From Deltaproteobacteria bacterium (GTDB lineage: Bacteria; Myxococcota_A; UBA9160; SZUA-336): a stretch of DNA of 46,277 bases. Positions within the stretch are counted from its first letter, which is position 1, and each line of letters begins with the position of its first letter. A program made the translations under genes and the position numbers. Under the pieces are notes generated by a model. It was not told the DNA's origin, made no database searches, and saw only the letters and a list, made by a program, of their open reading frames with translations. Location: the NCBI GenBank assembly GCA_004356455.1, contig SMWZ01000028.1:1-46277 (forward strand), given 5' to 3'. Shown here in pieces: positions 10,610 through 19,582 of this stretch.

Positions 10610-11640
10610 TTTTCCGGCACGCCGTAACGAAGCAGGGTGAACATGTTGGTGCCCACGATCTCATCACGTTGGTTGTAGTAGGTGTTCAGGTTCTTCTGGA
10701 AGTATCCCAGTCCGAGGCGTGTGCGCTTCAGGGGAGAGCAGTCGAGCAGCTCCACGGTAGAGGACACTCGGTCGCCCGGGCGCAAAGGCCGACCATAGGC
10801 TTGAACCGAGACCGTCGCAATCGTATCAGTCGCGCCCGGCGGCGTGAACATCGCGCTGCGTCCGGCCCCGTCTCCTGTGCGAGGCGGCCATGGCTTGCGC
10901 TCGAGGCAGTCGACGTCCGGTGCATTCGCATCTACGCCACTATGACCCGCACGCCCCATCGACCAGGTGATCAGCGCCATGGGCGGTGCGATCACCCCCC
11001 CGTGCCGGCTCTTTCTCGCGTATTCAGCATCGATGTAGAGGGGGTTACCGTCTTCGACCATGTCACACCAGTACATGATCTGGACCTCGCTCACGGGATA
11101 GCCTCCCCGCATGAGCGGACTGACCTTTCCGAGCCGCTCGCGGGCAAAGTCGGGAATCTGCGGGTCCACTTCCAGTTCGGGCTTCTTCAGCTCGAGCGAC
11201 GGCCGAACCGCTCCAGAATCGCGCGAGGGCATTACGAGCGTAGCGCTTGCACGTGCCGCCACCCCCAGCTCGTTCGACGCCTCCAGCCCGACCTCGACCC
11301 GGCACTCGTCGCCTTCCCGAAACTTCCGCTTGACGCTGCCCTTTACGAGGGCGACATCGCCCGGCACAAGCTGCCCAAGCATCTGCAGACTGGTCTCTCG
11401 AAAGTCGCTCTCGGGTCCGCACCAATCCGTCACGAAGCGTCCGAAGAGCGCCTGCTCGAACATGGTGTTGACGAACATGTCGCGGTTGCCGATCGATTTC
11501 GAGTAGCCCGGATTGTGATGGTACGGCATCAGGTCGCGCGTGCCGCACACACCGAGCACGAGCGTCTTGAGCGTAATCGGGAAGCGCAGGACCGGAAGCT
11601 TCTCCCCCTCGCACACATCCTCCCAGTACTTGAAGTCCAT
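10606..11640 (-). CDS. Double hotdog (MaoC) steroid enoyl-CoA hydratase: ChsH1-like domain fused to ChsH2-N-like domain
   Basis: N-half TRDLMPYHH...DMFVN...RFVTDWCGP resembles ChsH1 with the catalytic D-x4-H intact. C-half PVSEVQIMYWCDMVEDGNPLY...GVIAPPMA..TWSM resembles the ChsH2 MaoC domain. Confidence 0.85.
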   Translation of the reverse strand: MDFKYWEDVCEGEKLPVLRFPITLKTLVLGVCGTRDLMPYHHNPGYSKSIGNRDMFVNTMFEQALFGRFVTDWCGPESDFRETSLQMLGQLVPGDVALVKGSVKRKFREGDECRVEVGLEASNELGVAARASATLVMPSRDSGAVRPSLELKKPELEVDPQIPDFARERLGKVSPLMRGGYPVSEVQIMYWCDMVEDGNPLYIDAEYARKSRHGGVIAPPMALITWSMGRAGHSGVDANAPDVDCLERKPWPPRTGDGAGRSAMFTPPGATDTIATVSVQAYGRPLRPGDRVSSTVELLDCSPLKRTRLGLGYFQKNLNTYYNQRDEIVGTNMFTLLRYGVPEN

Positions 11641-11649
11641 CAGCTCGGA

Positions 11650-12366
11650 TCAGTCCAGCAGCGAAGGATCGCGCGCGAGCTCGCGACGCGCGTAGGCTTC
11701 GAAGAGCATCTCACCGTACTCCAGCGCATAGCGTGACAGGGCTTCGGCGGTCTCCGAGTCAAGCTCCTCGCGCTGCTTGCCCATGCACGCCACCTCGTAG
11801 GCCTTGCGGCAGCGCCACTCGAAGCTCAGTGCTCGCACCAGCACCTCGCCGACGGTCGTGGCCGTAACCAGCGTCCCGTGCTGCGCCAGGATGGCCATGT
11901 CGGCCGAGCCATAGGCCGCCGCCAGCCGGGCCGCCACCGCAGGCGTGAGGACCGCCCCCTCGTACTCAGTGTAGAGCACGGCCTTCCCGCCTCCGTTGGC
12001 ACCTGACTGATCGAGCAGCGGCGGGAGCTCGCCGGCTGCGGCCCAGATGGTTCCGTAGGGAGGGTGGTTGTGCAGCGCCACGCGGATGTCCGGTCGCGCT
12101 CGATGCAGCTCGCCATGAAAGACAATGGTGGGATTCGCTCGGCCCTCGCCCTGCAACACCTGGCCAGCGTAGTCCACGCGCAGGATGTGACTGGCACGAA
12201 CCTCCTCCCAGAAGAGGCCAACGGGGGTCACGAGCAGCGTCTCGTCGTCCCGGTCTCGGATGCTTACATGCCCGGCCAGCTTGTCGTCATAGCCCTGGGA
12301 GCCCAGGATGCGGACCAGCAGCGCGAGCTGCTGGCGAGGGGAAAACTTAACAGCCGGGTCACTCAC
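11650..12366 (-). CDS. Class II aldolase/adducin family protein
   Basis: GHVSIRD, LLVTPVG, FHGELHRARPDIRVALHNHPPY, ILAQHG. Confidence 0.88.
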   Translation of the reverse strand: MSDPAVKFSPRQQLALLVRILGSQGYDDKLAGHVSIRDRDDETLLVTPVGLFWEEVRASHILRVDYAGQVLQGEGRANPTIVFHGELHRARPDIRVALHNHPPYGTIWAAAGELPPLLDQSGANGGGKAVLYTEYEGAVLTPAVAARLAAAYGSADMAILAQHGTLVTATTVGEVLVRALSFEWRCRKAYEVACMGKQREELDSETAEALSRYALEYGEMLFEAYARRELARDPSLLD

Positions 12367-12409
12367 AGTGAGCCTTTGTACCAGAAATCACGCTCGGCGG
12401 GGCTGAGGG

Positions 12410-13030
12410 CTAGTTTCCTGACCCTGCTTCGGAGGCGAGGTGGACACGCAGCAGCGGGATGAAGGCGCGGGTGGCCTGGCCCCGGTGACTGATCGCGTCC
12501 TTCTGCTCCGGCTTCAGCTCCGCCATGGTCCGCTCGCCCTTCGTATGCTGCGCGACGAAGTAGGGATCGTAGCCAAAGCCTCCGCTTCCGCGCGGCGCCT
12601 CGATCAGTCGGCCCTCACAGGTGCCCCGCGTTGTCGCTACGATCTCGCCGTTGGGCTGGGCCAGTGCCATCACGCACACGTAGCGTGCGCTCCGGTCCTT
12701 CACACCCTCGAGCTCACGCATGAGCTTGGCGTTGTTGGCAGAGTCATCACCATGGATCCCGGCGTAGCGCGCCGAGCACACCCCAGGAGCACCGTTCAGC
12801 GCGTCCACCTCGAGTCCGGAGTCCTCTCCCACCGCCCAAAGTCCCGTAGAGCGTGCAGCGGATGCCGCCTTCAGGCGCGCATTCTCATCGAATGTCTTAC
12901 CGCTCTCCTCGACCTCGCCCGCCTCCGGGTGCGCAGCCAGGGTCTCGGTGCGGATGGGCTCTTTCTCGAGCAGCGCCATCAGCTCACGCAGCTTGCCCTC
13001 ATTCCGGGTCGCCAGCAGCAGCGTCTTCAC
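12410..13030 (-). CDS. rdgB: Non-canonical purine NTP pyrophosphatase (dITP/XTPase)
   Basis: LATRNEGKLRE, EESGKTFDENARLKA, EDSGLEVDALNGAPGV.SARY, GFGYDP, ISHRG; GTG 13030 overlaps the rph TGA. Confidence 0.96.
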   Translation of the reverse strand: MKTLLLATRNEGKLRELMALLEKEPIRTETLAAHPEAGEVEESGKTFDENARLKAASAARSTGLWAVGEDSGLEVDALNGAPGVCSARYAGIHGDDSANNAKLMRELEGVKDRSARYVCVMALAQPNGEIVATTRGTCEGRLIEAPRGSGGFGYDPYFVAQHTKGERTMAELKPEQKDAISHRGQATRAFIPLLRVHLASEAGSGN

Positions 13031-13743
13031 TGCTCGAGTGCGAGCTTCTGCAGCGCGGTGAGCTCGACGATCCCCTTCTCGGCCAGATCCAGCATCTGCC
13101 CGAGCTCCTCGCGATCGAACGTCCCGGACTCCCCGGTCCCCTGAACCTCCACCAGCCGTCCACGTCCTGTCTGCACGATGTTCATGTCGACCTCGGCGCG
13201 CGCGTCTTCCTCGTAGCTCAGGTCGAGGAGCACGTCGCCACCGATCACTCCGACCGAGATTCCGGCCACGGAGTCTCGGAGCGGGCTGCGTTTGAAGTAG
13301 TTGCGCTCCACCAGTCGATTGCACGCCGCGGCAAGCGCCACGTAGGCGCCGGTAATGGCCGCGGTTCGGGTGCCGCCATCGGCCTGAAGCACATCGCAGT
13401 CCACGTACAAGCAGCGTTCCCCGAGTTGCTCCATGTCGGTCACAGCGCGGAGCGAACGGCCGATCAGCCGTTGAATCTCCTGAGTACGTCCCGAGGGCCT
13501 GCCGCGTGTGGCCTCGCGCTCGGTGCGCGTGTCGGTAGAGCCTGGAAGCAGGGAGTACTCGGCCGTGACCCATCCCCGGCCCGTTCCGCGCAAGAAGGCC
13601 GGGACCTGCTCGGCCACGTGCACCGTACACAGTACCAGCGTGCGGCCCGCCCGTATCAACGCCGACCCCGCCGGGTTCTGCACAAAACCCATCTGGATCT
13701 CCACGGGCCGAAGCGCGTCGGGGCTACGACCATCCGCTCTCAT
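13027..13743 (-). CDS. rph: Ribonuclease PH
   Basis: MRADGRSPDALRPV, GWVTAEYSLLPGST, RTQEIQRLIGRSLRA, DCDVLQADGGTRTA, DLSYEED. Confidence 0.97.
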   Translation of the reverse strand: MRADGRSPDALRPVEIQMGFVQNPAGSALIRAGRTLVLCTVHVAEQVPAFLRGTGRGWVTAEYSLLPGSTDTRTEREATRGRPSGRTQEIQRLIGRSLRAVTDMEQLGERCLYVDCDVLQADGGTRTAAITGAYVALAAACNRLVERNYFKRSPLRDSVAGISVGVIGGDVLLDLSYEEDARAEVDMNIVQTGRGRLVEVQGTGESGTFDREELGQMLDLAEKGIVELTALQKLALEQ

Positions 13744-14537
13744 CAGCGCGAGTCCTCCTGTTTCAGACGGGCGTGCCGGGCATCGCGGTAGCTGCGTACC
13801 GCACGCGCAACGGCATTGGCGATCGCGTCCTGATACTGCTGTGTGCGAAGCCGTCTCGCCTCGTTGGGGTTGGTGAGAAATCCGATCTCGATCAGCGCCG
13901 CCGGCATATTCACCCCCATGAGCACTACGAACGGCGCCTGCTTCACGCCACGGCTATCCCCGTTCAGGCGCGCAAGGTTACGCTGGATCGCGCCTGCGAT
14001 CTCGCTCGAGGAACGCATGTGGTCCGAGATGATCAGATCGCCGAGGATCCCCGCCACGATGTCAGCGCTGTCGAGAACGGCCCCCTCCTGGCCGAAGATG
14101 TCGTTCTCCATCATGGCTACACGCATGGCCGCCTCGTCACTGGCATCGACCGACAGGAAGTACGTCTCGGGTCCGCGCGCCCTGCCGCTCTTGGCAGAGT
14201 TGGCGTGAATGGAGAGATAGAGGTCCCCATGCGCGCGGTTGGCAATCGCCGAGCGCTCGGACAGCGCAACGAACCGGTCGTCTTTTCTAGTGAACACCAC
14301 ATCGATCTTGGCAGCTATGAGCGAAGCCCCGATCCGGCGCGCCACCTGCAGAACCACGTCCTTCTCCCGGATCCCTGACGCGCCACGCGCACCGTAGTCC
14401 GCGCCCCCGTGTCCCGGATCGATGACAACCAAATCGAAGCGGTCATAGGGCGCCACGTCCGACGCAAAGGTAGTCGTCACCGTCCCGAGGGTGAAGAGTG
14501 CGATCCATACGAGGTTCATGCGAATTCGCCGATCCAT
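13743..14537 (-). CDS. N-acetylmuramoyl-L-alanine amidase (Amidase_3)
   Basis: Signal peptide; IDPGHGG, EKDVVL, SIHANS and IEIGFLTN Zn/catalytic motifs. Alternative start ATG 14519. Confidence 0.93.
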   Translation of the reverse strand: MDRRIRMNLVWIALFTLGTVTTTFASDVAPYDRFDLVVIDPGHGGADYGARGASGIREKDVVLQVARRIGASLIAAKIDVVFTRKDDRFVALSERSAIANRAHGDLYLSIHANSAKSGRARGPETYFLSVDASDEAAMRVAMMENDIFGQEGAVLDSADIVAGILGDLIISDHMRSSSEIAGAIQRNLARLNGDSRGVKQAPFVVLMGVNMPAALIEIGFLTNPNEARRLRTQQYQDAIANAVARAVRSYRDARHARLKQEDSR

Positions 14538-14568
14538 CAGCTGCTGGCGCAGGCTATCGGATCACGCT

Positions 14569-15372
14569 TCAGACGTCGACCATGCGAGCCCGTTGCCCGC
14601 GCGGATGCGAGTGGCCAACTCCCGCGATCTTCTGCAGGGCTTCGAGCGTATGGACCCCATGCAAGCGTCCGCGCTGGAGGAGCTCGTCCCAGAGGTGAGC
14701 GGTCATCTCCGCGTCGCCCAGCGCGCGGTGGCGGCCATGTTTTGGGATGCCGAGCTGATCGGCCAGCACGTCCAGCCCGTAGCGGGGGGCGCGCACCCAC
14801 TTGCGGGCCAGCCGTAACGAGCACAGAAAGGACGGCAAAGGCAGCGATCCAGTGTGATTCTTCCATGCCCGCTCGAGGAAGCCGCGGTCGAAGGGCGCGT
14901 TATGGGCCACCAGCACCTCGACCCGATGCCGACGCAAAACACGTCCGAACACCCTCAGCGCCTCCGCTTCGCTCGGGGCATCGATGGTCTCTCCCGCGTC
15001 GATTCCGGTGAGGCCCGTGATGAAGGCGGGGATGGGAATCTCCACATCGATCAGGGTCGAGTAACGCTCGAGCGTACGACCGGCGCATCGCACCACCAGG
15101 CCGATCTCAAGGATCCGATCCCGATCTGCCGCGAGACCCGTGGTCTCGAGGTCGACCATGCCAAACACCACGTTGTCGAGCCGTCTACCCGCGCGCGCTT
15201 CCAGCTCGGCAAGTACCCCAGGTGCGAGGCGTTTCCGGGCCCAGCGAGGAAGCGGTAATCCGGCGGGAACACGCAGCCAGTTGCGAAGTTTGGCGCCGTC
15301 GAGATGCTCGACGGTCCCTATGTGTCGCGACGCATCCATCCCTGTCCCCCCGATTGGCAGCGTAGCAGCCAC
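14569..15372 (-). CDS. DEDDh 3'-5' exonuclease (DnaQ/PolC-like)
   Basis: VDLETTG, AHNAPFD, HRALGDA motifs; start uncertain. Confidence 0.9.
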   Translation of the reverse strand: MAATLPIGGTGMDASRHIGTVEHLDGAKLRNWLRVPAGLPLPRWARKRLAPGVLAELEARAGRRLDNVVFGMVDLETTGLAADRDRILEIGLVVRCAGRTLERYSTLIDVEIPIPAFITGLTGIDAGETIDAPSEAEALRVFGRVLRRHRVEVLVAHNAPFDRGFLERAWKNHTGSLPLPSFLCSLRLARKWVRAPRYGLDVLADQLGIPKHGRHRALGDAEMTAHLWDELLQRGRLHGVHTLEALQKIAGVGHSHPRGQRARMVDV

Positions 15373-15430
15373 CTCGTGAATCCTCTAGCCTCTTGATTGC
15401 GCTACCATCATCCCTGGGGTTCCTGAACTC

Positions 15431-16774
15431 GTGGCACAGGCAGAAAAGAAAGTCCGGATCCTCAGGGTCATGATCCGGGACGAGCCAGGGTATCTTGGCA
15501 AGCTCTCGCAAGCGATCGGCGAGTGTGGCGCGAACATCGGCGACATCGTCAAGCTGCGCACGACTGGCAACTACAACGTGAGGGAACTCGAGCTCTACCT
15601 GGACAGCGAGTCGCAGCTGCAGGCCATAATGGTTGAGCTCGATCGCCTCGAGGGCATCAATGTCGCGGTCGTTTACGATCCGGTGTTGGAGCTACACCGA
15701 GGCGGGAAGATTCGGATGCGGAGCACGGTTGCAATCGAGCGGTTGGGTGACGTGCGCAAGCTCTACACGCCGGGCGTTGCGACGGTCTGTCAGGAGATCC
15801 ACGCTCACCCCGACCGCGTCTACGACTACACCGCGCTGGGGCAGACGGTGGCAATCATCACCAACGGCACCGCGGTTCTGGGGCTCGGGAACATCGGAGT
15901 GCACGCGAGCCTTCCCGTGATGGAGGGCAAGGCTGCGCTGCTGGACCGCCTGATTGGGCTGAGCGGGATCCCGATCCTCATCCCCACGCGAGACGTCCAG
16001 ACTTTCGTGGATACCGTGATCCAGATTGCGCCCTCTTTTGGAGCCATCCAGCTCGAGGACGTGGCGGCTCCCGAGTGTTTCGAGATCGAGGATCGCCTGA
16101 CAAAGGAGCTCCCCATCCCGGTCATGCACGACGATCAGCACGGCACCGCGGTGGTGGTCGTGGCCGCGCTCCACAATGCAACCGCAGCATCGGACGAGCC
16201 GATCGATCGTCGCACCATTGGGTTGCTGGGACTGGGGGCAGCGGGAATCGGCATCGCCAAGCTCCTACGTGCCTGCGGCGTGAAGCAACTGCTGGGCTGC
16301 GACGTCAAGCAGGAGGCCCTGCGCCGATTCGAGGGCATCGGCGGCCGCGCCAGTGATCTCGATACGGTCATGCGGGAGGCCTCCATCGTGATCGGAACCA
16401 CGGGCCAGCCGGGGCTGGTCTCGCCGAATCAGGTACAGCCGGGGCAGGTGATTCTGGCGCTCTCCAACCCCTATCCCGAGATTCAGCCTCGGGACGCGCT
16501 CTCAGCCGGCGCCGCGCTCGCGGCCGACGGCCGGTCCGTCAACAACGCACTCGGTTTTCCCGGAATCTTCCGTGGCGCACTCAACGCGCGGGCGCGCCGC
16601 ATCAACGACGTAATGAAGCTGGCCGCGGCAGAGACCATCGCACAGTACGCGGAACCCGGGGAGCTGGTTCCGAGCCTGCTTCACCCGGATGCCCATCATG
16701 CCGTCGCAGAGGCCGTGGAGCAGGCCGCCCGCGCTAGCGGGGCAGGCCAGGTGGTCCCAGACTCCCAGACATGA
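15431..16774 (+). CDS. NAD-dependent malic enzyme with N-terminal ACT domain
   Basis: N-terminal ACT (DEPGYLGKL); YTPGVA, TNGTAVLGLGNIG, MEGKA, IQLED, HDDQHGTA, GLGAAG, ALSNP, NNALGFPG. Confidence 0.93.
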   Translation: MAQAEKKVRILRVMIRDEPGYLGKLSQAIGECGANIGDIVKLRTTGNYNVRELELYLDSESQLQAIMVELDRLEGINVAVVYDPVLELHRGGKIRMRSTVAIERLGDVRKLYTPGVATVCQEIHAHPDRVYDYTALGQTVAIITNGTAVLGLGNIGVHASLPVMEGKAALLDRLIGLSGIPILIPTRDVQTFVDTVIQIAPSFGAIQLEDVAAPECFEIEDRLTKELPIPVMHDDQHGTAVVVVAALHNATAASDEPIDRRTIGLLGLGAAGIGIAKLLRACGVKQLLGCDVKQEALRRFEGIGGRASDLDTVMREASIVIGTTGQPGLVSPNQVQPGQVILALSNPYPEIQPRDALSAGAALAADGRSVNNALGFPGIFRGALNARARRINDVMKLAAAETIAQYAEPGELVPSLLHPDAHHAVAEAVEQAARASGAGQVVPDSQT

Positions 16775-18072
16775 CCCGGAGACTGTTGCGCTACGGCTTG
16801 CTCTGGCTGCTCTGCCTGGCCGGACCGACCCAGCCCGCGGACACGTCGCGCCTCCATCTCACGATCGACTCGCCCGAGGCCGGTGCTGTGATCGGGGATC
16901 CCGGCGGGATGGCGTTCCTCTCGGGGAAGGCGATGGCGCTCTACGGCGATTTCCAGCCCTTCGACATCATGTTCGTGATCGACGCATCCGAGAGCACCGA
17001 CGCCCCCTCCGGCGCAGACATCGATGGAGACGGGGAGATCGGCCACCGACGGGGAGAAGGTTTTCTGGGCATCTTCGGAAGGATCCCGCTGCTCCCCAAT
17101 ACCGACCGCGGGGACAGCGTCCTGGCCGCTGAGGTGGCCGCGGTGAGGGTCCTCTTGGATCAGCTCGACCCGCGCACGACGCGCGTGGGCGTCGTGGTGT
17201 TCTCCGGCGATCGCAACAGCCTGACTCCTGATGCCTTCACCCAGGTTCCACTGACCACCGATCACGAGAAGGTGCACCGAGGTCTGGATGAGATCCTCGA
17301 TATCGGGCCCAACGGTATGACCAATATGGTGAGCGCCGTCGATCTCGCGACCGTGGAGCTACTCGGCCTTCGCAGCGCCTACAGCGAACGGCGACCAGGG
17401 GCGCGCCGCATCATGCTATTCCTGACCGATGGGCGGCCGACGCTCCCGATGCTCAACTCGACCATCCAAAACGCCCGCATGGCGATCGCCAAGGCGGTGC
17501 GCGCCGCAAAGCTGGGCATCCGGATCGACACCTACGCCATTGGTAAGGACGCGCTCAAGGAGCCCCTCGTGGTGGTGGAGATGGCGCGGGTCACGCCGGG
17601 CGGGGTGTTCACCCCCATCCGGAATCCCCGGAACCTGCGAAGCGTCTTCGAGGAGGTGAGCTTCGCCGAGATCGAGAAGCTCGAGATCGAGAACCGAACC
17701 ACGAAATCCCCCGCGGAACATCTGATCCAGAACCCCGACGGCAGCTTCTCGGCGCTGATTCCCGTGCGCGAGGGCAAGAACACCCTGGAGGTCTTCGCCC
17801 GCGCTACAGACGGGACCGAGGCTCGGCAGCAGGTCACTGTGACCTTTCTAAAAAATGGACGCGTGCCTGAGCTCACACCCCGCCAGCTGGCCCAGCGCAA
17901 CCGCCTACTCGAGAACCGCTTGCTCCAGCTCCAGAAGCGCAGGTTGGAGATCCAAACGGAACGGGACGAGGCCATGCGCCGCCGGCTCGAGATCGAGATG
18001 GACCGAGAGAAAGCCAAGCGTCGCTCCGATGAGCTACGGAAGGAGCTCGATCTGGAGCTACTCGAGCAGTAG
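16771..18072 (+). CDS. Secreted VWA-domain protein with Ig-like segments and C-terminal coiled coil
   Basis: Signal peptide; MIDAS IDASES...TNM...FLTDG; DIDGDG loop; GSFSALIPVREGKNTLEVFARATDG; charged helical tail. Confidence 0.85.
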   Translation: MTRRLLRYGLLWLLCLAGPTQPADTSRLHLTIDSPEAGAVIGDPGGMAFLSGKAMALYGDFQPFDIMFVIDASESTDAPSGADIDGDGEIGHRRGEGFLGIFGRIPLLPNTDRGDSVLAAEVAAVRVLLDQLDPRTTRVGVVVFSGDRNSLTPDAFTQVPLTTDHEKVHRGLDEILDIGPNGMTNMVSAVDLATVELLGLRSAYSERRPGARRIMLFLTDGRPTLPMLNSTIQNARMAIAKAVRAAKLGIRIDTYAIGKDALKEPLVVVEMARVTPGGVFTPIRNPRNLRSVFEEVSFAEIEKLEIENRTTKSPAEHLIQNPDGSFSALIPVREGKNTLEVFARATDGTEARQQVTVTFLKNGRVPELTPRQLAQRNRLLENRLLQLQKRRLEIQTERDEAMRRRLEIEMDREKAKRRSDELRKELDLELLEQ

Positions 18073-18080
18073 CCAGAACG

Positions 18081-18653
18081 TTAAGCCGGGGACGAGCTCT
18101 GCGAGGGCTGGTCGCCCTTGCCTTCGTTCGCAATTGCGGAGCGACGCGTCTCCCCCCCCCGCACTCGCAGCCGCCGCTGCTTGACCTTTTCGTGCTGCTT
18201 GAGGTAGCGCTCGAAAGAGCGGGGGCGCTTCTCGCGATGCCACTCGTTGTACTGCTCCGGTGTGTCGAAGTGGTACTTCCACGCCGACTCCCCGCTGTTC
18301 TTCTCGCACTCCTCCCAGGAGAAGTCCGAGCAGAGCTGCGGACGATCCTCGTAGACCCCACAGGTCATCTGCTCGGTCAGGTTCTCGCAGACAGTTTTGA
18401 ACTCGATGAACCAGTCGCCCTCCCAGTCTACGTAGACGGAGACATCGCGATGGGACAGGTACCAGTAGAGGTGATCGTGGTCGGCGTAGGACGTGGGGTT
18501 GTCGATCTCGATCGCGATGTAGCGGCAGCAGTCCCCACACCCGTGGCAGGGATGCGAGCCGGGAAGCTGGATCAGCGGAAGCTCGAGCTTACCGCCCCCC
18601 GTTGGGATCGCAGCGTTTGACTGCTCGTGGTCTTCTCCATTCGGCTTCGACAT
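18081..18653 (-). CDS. YkgJ-family cysteine cluster protein (Fe-S/Zn)
   Basis: CHGCGDCC...CENL....CGVYEDRPQLC. Confidence 0.88.
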   Translation of the reverse strand: MSKPNGEDHEQSNAAIPTGGGKLELPLIQLPGSHPCHGCGDCCRYIAIEIDNPTSYADHDHLYWYLSHRDVSVYVDWEGDWFIEFKTVCENLTEQMTCGVYEDRPQLCSDFSWEECEKNSGESAWKYHFDTPEQYNEWHREKRPRSFERYLKQHEKVKQRRLRVRGGETRRSAIANEGKGDQPSQSSSPA

Positions 18654-18693
18654 AGCCCCCCCTTCGGGAACTCCGGATCAGTGCGCCGGAACA

Positions 18694-19551
18694 CTAGCCG
18701 GTTTTTTCCAGGTCCACTCGTGGACGTCCCCAGAACTGGTCGGGGAGATCGAGATCCACGAATGCCTCGACACGCCGCAGGCGAGAAGCGACCCGATTGG
18801 CCCAGTAGTCGGAGCTATCGTGCACGGATTGAATCCGCTCCGGGACGGTCAGGTAGGCCACGTCGGTAGGCGACTTGAGTACACCTCGGGCAATCAAGCG
18901 CCGGCCGAGCTCGGTCGCGTGGCGCTGCTCCAGCGCGATGCCCGCGCGCAGGCGCGGATCGGGTCGCTCGGACCCCCCCTCGGCCAGGCGCCGCCCGAGC
19001 CAGGGCAGCAGGATCTCGGTCCAGCTGGGGTCGTCCAGAGGCCCACGCGCCAGCTCCGCGACATCCATCTCGCTCGGGTTGCGCGCCGCCGCGCGGCTCA
19101 GGGCGCGTGCCGCGAGCTCCTCAGCCCGGCGTATGCGCTTCCGCAGCTGACGCCGGCGGAGCGCGACGCGCAGACGCTCCCAGAGCTCGGGAAAGCCCTC
19201 GAGGCCGCCGGCCCGGGGCTCCACGAGCGCCGGATCCGGCTCCACGCCGCCGAAATATGCCCGCAGCCGCTCCCAGCCATGCGCATTCACCGCGATCCGA
19301 CCGTAGTGCAGGGTCACCCAGCGCTCGGGCCGGGCGCGACGCAGCAGCCCCAGCTTACCCCAGACCTCGTCAAGCGCCCGTTCCAGCGGCGCCTCCAGCC
19401 GCGACCACATCGCTGGCGTGGCGATCCCGCCTAGCTGTGGGCCCAGCCCGCTCAGCGTCTGACAGGGATAGACGGGGTCCGGTGCGGAGACGGTCGGATA
19501 GGCCGAGTCCGACGTCGCTTCGGGCTCAAGCGCAGCCTCCGCGCGTGTCAT
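18694..19551 (-). CDS. Hypothetical protein resembling the central domain of PEP-synthase/rifampin-phosphotransferase-like proteins
   Basis: ATPAMWS, HYGRIAVN and ELGRRLIARGVLKSPTDVAYLT motifs; no ATP-grasp or His-swivel domain. Confidence 0.55.
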   Translation of the reverse strand: MTRAEAALEPEATSDSAYPTVSAPDPVYPCQTLSGLGPQLGGIATPAMWSRLEAPLERALDEVWGKLGLLRRARPERWVTLHYGRIAVNAHGWERLRAYFGGVEPDPALVEPRAGGLEGFPELWERLRVALRRRQLRKRIRRAEELAARALSRAAARNPSEMDVAELARGPLDDPSWTEILLPWLGRRLAEGGSERPDPRLRAGIALEQRHATELGRRLIARGVLKSPTDVAYLTVPERIQSVHDSSDYWANRVASRLRRVEAFVDLDLPDQFWGRPRVDLEKTG

Positions 19552-19582
19552 CCCCCGATTGTAGGGTTCTCCGCGGCGTTCG

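Noticed and set aside
12410-13630. 406-aa ORF suggesting an extended or fused RdgB
   Set aside because: The extension is an alternative frame over rph; rdgB starts at GTG 13030, coupled to the rph stop.
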